Shown: positions 21,542 to 27,875 of the stretch, piece after piece
Layout of the letters: each line of letters starts with the position of its first letter
How positions within the stretch are numbered: position 1 is the first letter of the stretch
IMG/VR virus record: IMGVR_UViG_3300032319_000506
Location: 1 to 28,963 of that record
Length of the DNA stretch: 28,963 bases
Reading direction: 5' to 3' (one strand)
From: a virus
Lineage: Duplodnaviria > Caudoviricetes
The notes under the pieces: generated by a model
Database searches by the model: none
The model's input: only the letters and a program-made list of their open reading frames with translations
What the model was told of the DNA's origin: nothing
Translations under genes and position numbers: made by a program

Positions 21542-22920
21542 TGTCTCCATTAAATCCCTATTTTTTACAAGGTGCTTCAAGTGAACAAAGACTTGTTCAG
21601 GACTTAATCAATGAACAATTAAAAATGTATGGGCAAGACATTGTGTATATGCCCAGACAGTTGATTAATGAAAAAACAATTATTAAAGAGGTTGTAGTAT
21701 CAAAATTTGATGATAGTTTTAGAATTGAAGCATATATTTCAAATTTCAATGGATTTGGGGCACAAGGAGATATTTTATCAAAATTTGGAGTAAAAACAAG
21801 TGATGAGTTGACTCTTATTATTTCAAAAGAAAGATATGAAGATTTTATATCTCCATTTATATTAGATGATCCAGACATTAAAGTTGCAACAAGACCACAA
21901 GAAGGGGATTTGATTTATCTTCCATTGGATAATGGTCTTTTTGAAATTAAGTATGTAGAAGGAAAAGTTCCATTTTATCAATTAAACAATCTTTATGTTT
22001 ATGAATTGAGATGCGAAATCTTTAGATATGAAGATGAAGTTATTGATACTGGTATTGATGAAGTTGATAAATCAGTTCAAGATTTTGGTTATATTCAAAC
22101 TATTACTATGGTTGATGATACTGCAACAAGAGCAACTGCAATTGTTTCAATTGCTTCAACTACAAAAAATTCAGTTCAATATATTGATTTAATTAATGAT
22201 GGAACTGGTTATTTGTCTACACCAACAATTCAAATTACAAAAGCACCAGCAAATGGATTGAATGCAACAGCAGTTGCTATTATGACTAGCAAAACAGGAA
22301 GAACAGGTAGTTCTATTGATAGAATTCTTGTAGTTAATCCTGGTTCTGGTTATACACAATCACCATCAATTAAAATTGTAGGTCAATCTGGTTCTGGTGG
22401 AATAGCAACTGCTGTTATTGGTTCTAGAACTTTGGGAATTGTAACTATTACTTCTGGAGGAAGTCAATATTCCTCTGCTCCTATTGTTTCTATATCTACT
22501 GCTCCTTCTGGTGGAGTAAACGCAACAGCAGAAGCAGTTTTAACAACTACTGGAGTTGTAGCAGCAATTCGTTATACCAATGCTGGTTCTGGATATACTG
22601 TTAATCCAACAATTACACTCACAAGTCCGATTGGAATTTCTACTGGTGACTTTGATTTTAATGAAGTGGTTAGGGGTGTTTCCAGTGGAACTACTGCATA
22701 TGTAAAAGATTGGGATTCAGATACTAGAGTACTTAAAGTATCAATAGTTGATGGAAACTTTGCTAATGATGAAATGATTGTTGGTGCTGCGGCAACGCAT
22801 AAAATATATTCAATTAACACATTTGATGAATATGATCCATACTCAGAAAATATTGAAATTGAAAATGAAGCAGATAATATTATTGACTTTTCTCAAAAGA
22901 ATCCTTTTGGCGATTACTAA
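21541..22920 (+). CDS. gp14: Neck protein gp14 with inserted beta-repeat region
   Basis: 459 aa with LNPYF...EQRLVQDLINEQLKMYG, RPQEGDLIYLPL, FYQL and C-terminal DFSQKNPFG; TAATG overlap with gp13. Confidence 0.93.
   Translation: MSPLNPYFLQGASSEQRLVQDLINEQLKMYGQDIVYMPRQLINEKTIIKEVVVSKFDDSFRIEAYISNFNGFGAQGDILSKFGVKTSDELTLIISKERYEDFISPFILDDPDIKVATRPQEGDLIYLPLDNGLFEIKYVEGKVPFYQLNNLYVYELRCEIFRYEDEVIDTGIDEVDKSVQDFGYIQTITMVDDTATRATAIVSIASTTKNSVQYIDLINDGTGYLSTPTIQITKAPANGLNATAVAIMTSKTGRTGSSIDRILVVNPGSGYTQSPSIKIVGQSGSGGIATAVIGSRTLGIVTITSGGSQYSSAPIVSISTAPSGGVNATAEAVLTTTGVVAAIRYTNAGSGYTVNPTITLTSPIGISTGDFDFNEVVRGVSSGTTAYVKDWDSDTRVLKVSIVDGNFANDEMIVGAAATHKIYSINTFDEYDPYSENIEIENEADNIIDFSQKNPFGDY
22171..22620 (+). 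repeat. Four degenerate protein-level GxGY repeats inside gp14
   Basis: LINDGTGYLSTPTIQI, VVNPGSGYTQSPSIKI, ITSGGSQYSSAPIVSI and YTNAGSGYTVNPTITL, linked by G..ATA.A segments. Confidence 0.75.
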
Positions 22921-22923
22921 ATA
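22917..22923 (+). promoter_or_regulatory. Late promoter variant CTAAATA upstream of gp15
   Basis: The motif overlaps the gp14 TAA and lies 19 nt before the gp15 ATG. Confidence 0.6.
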
Positions 22924-22942
22924 ATTAATAAACACTATTGTT

Positions 22943-24001
22943 ATGTTAGGAACTTATAGTTACAATGAAATAATCAGGAAAACCATTATTGCTTTTGGTA
23001 CACTTTTTAATGAGATTTATATTAAGCACGAAGAGCAAGATGCTACTGATTATAGTTTTATTAAAGTTCCTATTGCTTATGGTCCAATTCAAAAGTTTTT
23101 AGCAAGAATAGAACAAAAACCAGATCTGAGAAAAAGAGTTGCAATGACTCTTCCTCGAATGTCTTTTGAAATGACCAGTATGAAATATGATAGTAGCAGA
23201 AAGGTTTCTGCTATGCAGACATTTAAGGCAATAAAAACTGATGATAGAACAGAACAAGTTAAAGTTTTTATGCCTGTTCCTTATAACATTGGATTTCAAC
23301 TTAGTATTATGACTAAATTGAATGATGATATGCTTCAAATTGTAGAACAAATTCTTCCAACATTTCAACCAAATTTCACATTAACAATTAATTTAATTTC
23401 ATCTATAGGAGAAAAGAAAGACGTTCCTGTAGTATTGGAAGGAATTGGTATGGAAGATAATTATGAAGGCGATTATACAGAAAGAAGGGCTTTGGTTTAT
23501 ACTTTGAACTTTACAGCAAAAACATATCTATTTGGTCCAATTCCCAATAGTACAGATGGATTAATTAAAAAAGTTCAAGTTGATTATTATACAAATACAG
23601 ATACCAAGAATGCTTCAAGACAACTAAGATATACTGCTACACCAAGAGCAATTAAGGATTATAATAACGATAACACAACAACACTTACTCAAGATATTGA
23701 TGATAAAGTAACTATATTCAATGTTTCCAGTGCTGTCTCATTAGTTAATAATTCTTATATTATAATTGGTAATGAAGAGATGTATATTAAAAATATTTCT
23801 GGAGATATTTTAACTGTATTAAGGGGACAAGATAATACTACAATCACATCTCACAGTGAAGGTGATTCGATTGATGCAATTACAGTAGAAGATAATGAAT
23901 TGGTTCAGATTGATGATGATTTTGGATTTAGTGAATCTCGTTTTGATTTTGGTGATGGTAAAGTTTATAGTACAACAAAAGGAATTGATGTATCATTATG
24001 A
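22943..24001 (+). CDS. gp15: Tail sheath stabiliser / tail terminator gp15
   Basis: 352 aa with IRKTIIAFGTLFN.I, KVPIAYGP.QKFLAR, LPRMSFE, PVPYNI.F.L and QIVEQILP.FQP. Confidence 0.95.
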   Translation: MLGTYSYNEIIRKTIIAFGTLFNEIYIKHEEQDATDYSFIKVPIAYGPIQKFLARIEQKPDLRKRVAMTLPRMSFEMTSMKYDSSRKVSAMQTFKAIKTDDRTEQVKVFMPVPYNIGFQLSIMTKLNDDMLQIVEQILPTFQPNFTLTINLISSIGEKKDVPVVLEGIGMEDNYEGDYTERRALVYTLNFTAKTYLFGPIPNSTDGLIKKVQVDYYTNTDTKNASRQLRYTATPRAIKDYNNDNTTTLTQDIDDKVTIFNVSSAVSLVNNSYIIIGNEEMYIKNISGDILTVLRGQDNTTITSHSEGDSIDAITVEDNELVQIDDDFGFSESRFDFGDGKVYSTTKGIDVSL

Positions 24002-24420
24002 AAAATAAATTTGAAAATATAGACGAAGCATTAGAAATAGAAGCAACTTCTTTTTCAAAAGAAATTGTAAAAAAATCAAAAGAAGCAATAATAAGACCAA
24101 CTTCAGGGGAAGAAAGTGATAAAGATTATGAATACACAAGAGGAAATCTATATTCATTAATTGAAAAAGGACAAGAGGCAATCGATAGTATTATGGATTT
24201 AGCACAACAAAGTGATAGTCCAAGAGCATATGAAGTTGCAGGTCAGTTGATTAAAAATGTTGGTGATGTGACTGATAAATTAATTGACTTGCAGCATAAA
24301 ATGAAAAAACTCAAAGAGGAAGATAATAGAGGACCTTCTACTGTTAATAATTCTGTTTTTATTGGTTCTACAGCAGACCTTCAAAAATTATTGAAGCAAG
24401 GTCTAATGGACTCTAAATAG
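23998..24420 (+). CDS. gp16: Terminase small subunit gp16
   Basis: 140 aa with DYEYTRGNLYSLIEKGQEA, SPRAYEVAGQLIK and VFIGSTADL; ATGA overlap with gp15. Confidence 0.93.
   Translation: MKNKFENIDEALEIEATSFSKEIVKKSKEAIIRPTSGEESDKDYEYTRGNLYSLIEKGQEAIDSIMDLAQQSDSPRAYEVAGQLIKNVGDVTDKLIDLQHKMKKLKEEDNRGPSTVNNSVFIGSTADLQKLLKQGLMDSK
24413..24419 (+). promoter_or_regulatory. Late promoter variant CTAAATA upstream of the 437-aa ORF
   Basis: The motif overlaps the end of gp16 and lies 15 nt before the ATG at 24435. Confidence 0.6.
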
Positions 24421-24434
24421 TTAAAAAATTTCCA

Positions 24435-25748
24435 ATGAAAACTTTTCAGGAATTTATTTTAGAAGCAAGTTGCAATGAAAGTCCAAAAGGAATGGACTGC
24501 CCAACACACGGAAGTGCAAAGTGCCCTAAAGTAAAACCACACAAAACAGTTGAAGCAATTGCAACAAAGCATCGTTTGGATGTGTCCTTTATTGCAAATC
24601 AACTCAAGATGGGAATTCCTATTGAGCACGAGCACACAAAAAATAAAACACTAGCAACTGATATTGCACTTCAACATCTCGATGAGATACCAGATTATTA
24701 TACTCGTCTCAAGAAAATGGAAGCATCTGCAAAAAAAGAACACAAGAAGTTCAAAGATGTAAAAGAGACAGTTACAATTGAAGACGCAAATGGAAATACA
24801 TTTTTAGAAATTATTGATTTAATTAAACCAGAAAAAATGAAAGGTATTAGTGAAGAAACTGCATCTGGAGATAAATCTCTTCATGATTGGTTTGCGAAAT
24901 CAAGTGGAACAAATCCAAAAACAGGAAAAAAAGTAAAAGGATGGACTCAAATTGGTGGAAAGTTTGCTGGTGCTCCTTGTGCTCGTCAACCAGGTCAAAC
25001 CACTAAACCAAAATGTGGTAGTTCTAAAATGTCAGCAGAAATGTCTCCAGAAGAAGAAGATAGTGCAGCAAGAAGAAAAAGAAGAGAAGATCCAAATCCA
25101 GAAAGAAAAGGCAAGGCAAAAAATGTTGCAACTGAAGGATTTGTAAATGAAGACGCATGTAAAGAAAAAGTAAAATCAAGATACAAAATTTGGCCCAGTG
25201 CTTATGCTTCTGGAGCAGTTGTCAAATGTCGTAAAGTTGGTGCTAAAAATTGGGGAACAAAATCCGAAAGTACTGATGCTCTTGCATATGAATGGAATAC
25301 TCCAATTTACGGAGGAGAAGAAAGATATTGCCCAAAATGTAAAAAAATGGAACATATGCACGTATGTAAATATGGTCCTGAGTTTTGGAGATCGTATTCT
25401 TTTGCTATAGAACCACACGATCATACAAAGGAAATAATTCATAATATTTTTTCATCCCATATGAAAGAAAAATATAATTATAAAAAAATGAAAAATTTAA
25501 AAAATATTCAAGAAATATATACACGGATACAGTCTCGTGGGTCTACTTATAGTATTGTGTTAAATTGGAGAGGAAAATATATTTCAGCTCAAATGTTTTT
25601 CCCACAATTTTCTAGACCCCCAAAAGATCAGGTCACTTTTGAAGTGAGAAAGATATATCCTGGTGCGATTGTATTATCATACAATCCAGCATCAAAAGAC
25701 CCAACAAAACCTTTACTATTCACAGGAAATGAAAATGGATCCAAATGA
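24435..25748 (+). CDS. Modular hypothetical protein; candidate capsid-internal (head-packaged) polyprotein
   Basis: 437 aa, Lys-rich. N-terminal MKTFQEFILE resembles the T4 internal-protein capsid-targeting sequence. It has a DUF5661-like segment (MGIPIEHEH...IALQHLDEIPDYYTRL), a WPSAYASG segment and Cys/His clusters. Confidence 0.7.
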   Translation: MKTFQEFILEASCNESPKGMDCPTHGSAKCPKVKPHKTVEAIATKHRLDVSFIANQLKMGIPIEHEHTKNKTLATDIALQHLDEIPDYYTRLKKMEASAKKEHKKFKDVKETVTIEDANGNTFLEIIDLIKPEKMKGISEETASGDKSLHDWFAKSSGTNPKTGKKVKGWTQIGGKFAGAPCARQPGQTTKPKCGSSKMSAEMSPEEEDSAARRKRREDPNPERKGKAKNVATEGFVNEDACKEKVKSRYKIWPSAYASGAVVKCRKVGAKNWGTKSESTDALAYEWNTPIYGGEERYCPKCKKMEHMHVCKYGPEFWRSYSFAIEPHDHTKEIIHNIFSSHMKEKYNYKKMKNLKNIQEIYTRIQSRGSTYSIVLNWRGKYISAQMFFPQFSRPPKDQVTFEVRKIYPGAIVLSYNPASKDPTKPLLFTGNENGSK

Positions 25749-25911
25749 TATTAAATTAGATAATCTTTCTAAGATTTTTGAATATGAAAGAATATCTAGA
25801 GAAATTGATTCTTGCGAGGATATAGAAATTTTGAAGAATATATCAAAATCTTATGTAAAACTTTATTTCAAACAACAAGAAACAGTCGCAAGTATGGCTA
25901 TTGATTTATGA
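25735..25911 (+). CDS. NblA-like small helical protein (putative phycobilisome degradation adaptor)
   Basis: The probable start is the ATG at 25735 (AGGA at 25724-25727), giving 58 aa: MDPNDIKLDNLSKIFEYERISREIDSCEDIEILKNISKSYVKLYFKQQETVASMAIDL. Size and helix-loop-helix hydrophobic pattern resemble NblA, but identity is low. Confidence 0.55.
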   Translation: MDPNDIKLDNLSKIFEYERISREIDSCEDIEILKNISKSYVKLYFKQQETVASMAIDL

Positions 25912-27557
25912 TTGGAAAACATTATAAAGGCAATCCGAATTTAAAAGCGGAAAATGTCAAGATTGAATTTACTAAAGGTCAAATTCAAGAATATCTAAAA
26001 TGTAAAAATGATCCAATTTATTTTGCAAAAAATTACGTAAAAATTGTTTCTTTGGATCATGGTTTGATGCCTTTTGATATGTATGATTTTCAAGAAGAAT
26101 TGATTACAAACTTTCACGAAAATAGATTTAATATTGCAAAACTTCCTAGACAGACAGGAAAATCAACAACTGTTGTATCTTATCTTCTTCACTATGCACT
26201 TTTTAATGATAATATAAGAATTGCAATTCTAGCAAACAAAGCAGCAACCGCAATAGAACTTTTGGGTAGATTGCAGCTTTCTTATGAAAATTTACCAAAG
26301 TGGTTACAGCAAGGTGTTGGTTCTTGGAATAAAGGTTCTTTAGAACTTGAAAATGGATCTAAAATTGTAGCAGCATCCACATCATCATCTGCTGTTCGAG
26401 GAAATTCTTTTAATATCATTTTCTTGGACGAATTTGCGTTTATTCCAAATCATATTGCAGAACAGTTTTTCTCTTCTGTGTATCCTACCATTTCTTCAGG
26501 ACAAAGTACAAAAGTTATTATCATCTCAACTCCTAATGGGATGAATATGTTTTATAAACTATGGCACGATGCTGAAAGAGGAAAGAACGGTTATATTCCA
26601 CTAGAAGTTCATTGGTCTGCTGTGCCTGGAAGAGACGCAGAGTGGAAACGTCAAACAATTGCGAATACTTCTGAAAGACAATTCACGCAAGAGTTTGAGT
26701 GTGAATTCCTGGGATCTGTTGATACTTTAATTACTCCATCAAAACTCAGAATGTTAGTTTATGATGATCCACTAACTAGAAGTAAAGGACTAGATGTATA
26801 TGAAGATCCAAAAGAAAAAAATACATATTTGATGACGGTAGATGTATCTCGTGGAATGAGTAATGACTACTCTGCATTTATTGTATTTGATATTAGTCAA
26901 TTCCCTTATAAAGTAGTTGCAAAATATAGAAACAATGAAATAAAACCTATGCTTTTCCCAAATATTATTCACGATGTAGCAAAAGCATATAATAAAGCAT
27001 TTGTTCTTGCGGAAGTAAATGATATTGGAGAACAAGTTTCAAGTATACTTCATTTTGATTTGGAATACGATAATATTTTGATGTGTTCGATGAGGGGAAG
27101 AGCAGGTCAAATGGTCGGTCAAGGATTTTCTGGAAAGAAAACTCAACTTGGAATTAAAATGTCCAAAACGGTTAAAAAAATTGGATGCTCCAATTTAAAA
27201 ACAATTATTGAAGATGATAAGTTACTAATAAAAGATTATGATATTATTAGTGAATTAACAACTTTTATTCAAAAAAGTCAATCATTTGAAGCAGAAGAAG
27301 GATGTAATGATGACCTTGCAATGTGTCTTGTAATTTTTGCTTGGTTAGTCGTTCAGGATTATTTCAAGGAGATGACTGATAATGATGTACGCAAAAGAAT
27401 ATACGAAGACCAAAAAGACCAAATCGAACAAGATATGGCTCCATTTGGGTTTATGTCTGATGGATTGAGTGATGAAACCTCATTTGTTGATATTGATGGT
27501 GATAGATGGCATTTGGATGAATATGGTGATAGATCTTACATGTGGGAATACCAATAA
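25908..27557 (+). CDS. gp17: Terminase large subunit gp17
   Basis: 549 aa with adenine motif YDFQ, Walker A PRQTGKST, Walker B IIFLDE, motif III STP and RNase H acidic residues VDVSRG, DYSA, NDDL. No intein or intron is visible. Confidence 0.97.
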   Translation: MIGKHYKGNPNLKAENVKIEFTKGQIQEYLKCKNDPIYFAKNYVKIVSLDHGLMPFDMYDFQEELITNFHENRFNIAKLPRQTGKSTTVVSYLLHYALFNDNIRIAILANKAATAIELLGRLQLSYENLPKWLQQGVGSWNKGSLELENGSKIVAASTSSSAVRGNSFNIIFLDEFAFIPNHIAEQFFSSVYPTISSGQSTKVIIISTPNGMNMFYKLWHDAERGKNGYIPLEVHWSAVPGRDAEWKRQTIANTSERQFTQEFECEFLGSVDTLITPSKLRMLVYDDPLTRSKGLDVYEDPKEKNTYLMTVDVSRGMSNDYSAFIVFDISQFPYKVVAKYRNNEIKPMLFPNIIHDVAKAYNKAFVLAEVNDIGEQVSSILHFDLEYDNILMCSMRGRAGQMVGQGFSGKKTQLGIKMSKTVKKIGCSNLKTIIEDDKLLIKDYDIISELTTFIQKSQSFEAEEGCNDDLAMCLVIFAWLVVQDYFKEMTDNDVRKRIYEDQKDQIEQDMAPFGFMSDGLSDETSFVDIDGDRWHLDEYGDRSYMWEYQ

Positions 27558-27790
27558 TGAGTTTTGAAGAAGAACTTGAATTGGATAATTTACTCTTCAA
27601 AGAAAGAAGATGTAGGACTTGTAAAACAAAAAAAGATTTACTAAATGATTTTTATTTGAGTAGAAAAAATAGAAAGGGATTTCCTTCTGCTTACTCATAT
27701 GAATGTAAAGAATGTACTGTTAATAGAATTATTAACAGTAGAAAAAAATATTCACAAAAATCCAAAGACTACCAATATCCAGACTGGTAA
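27557..27790 (+). CDS. Small Cys4 zinc-finger protein
   Basis: The probable start is the ATG at 27557 (TAATG overlap with the gp17 stop), giving 77 aa with CRTC...FY...YSYECKEC, a basic tail and C-terminal YPDW. Confidence 0.75.
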   Translation: MSFEEELELDNLLFKERRCRTCKTKKDLLNDFYLSRKNRKGFPSAYSYECKECTVNRIINSRKKYSQKSKDYQYPDW

Positions 27791-27804
27791 ATGTTCGTGT
27801 ATTG

Positions 27805-27872
27805 TTTCCCCATTTGAAGAATAACAATTTATAAATACTTTTAGGCAAAATGAACTTCTTCACGAGGGGAAA
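27805..27872 (+). promoter_or_regulatory. Inverted repeat / RNA hairpin covering the gp18 ribosome-binding site
   Basis: TTTCCCCATTTGAAGAA (27805-27821) pairs with TTCTTCACGAGGGGAAA (27856-27872): 14 Watson-Crick pairs, 1 G-U and 2 mismatches. The SD-like GAGGGG (27864-27869) is in the 3' arm. Confidence 0.7.
27830..27837 (+). promoter_or_regulatory. Consensus T4 late promoter TATAAATA upstream of gp18
   Basis: Exact T4 late consensus in the intergenic region, 38 nt before the gp18 ATG. Confidence 0.85.
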
Positions 27873-27875
27873 AAG

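Noticed and set aside
24430-24452. Weak hairpin over the start codon of the 437-aa ORF (TTCC..TGAAA / TTTCA GGAA)
   Set aside because: It is bulged, AT-rich and has a 3-nt loop, which is plausible by chance.
9521-25410. Alternate-frame plus-strand ORFs at 9521-9712, 24952-25146 and 25198-25410
   Set aside because: They are nested in longer genes, have the I/L/K/Q-rich composition typical of off-frame AT-rich DNA, and show no RBS or frameshift signal.
25663-25734. N-terminal extension of the 82-aa ORF
   Set aside because: It overlaps the upstream gene's last domain; the ATG at 25735 has a better-placed purine-rich RBS and gives an NblA-sized protein.
2575-27035. All minus-strand ORFs in the track (61-100 aa)
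   Set aside because: They are short, lie antisense to well-supported structural genes and show no recognisable motifs, so they are shadow ORFs.
25908-27557. Intein or group I intron in the large terminase
   Set aside because: The ORF is uninterrupted, of normal length, has all motifs at the expected spacing and shows no intein splice motifs.
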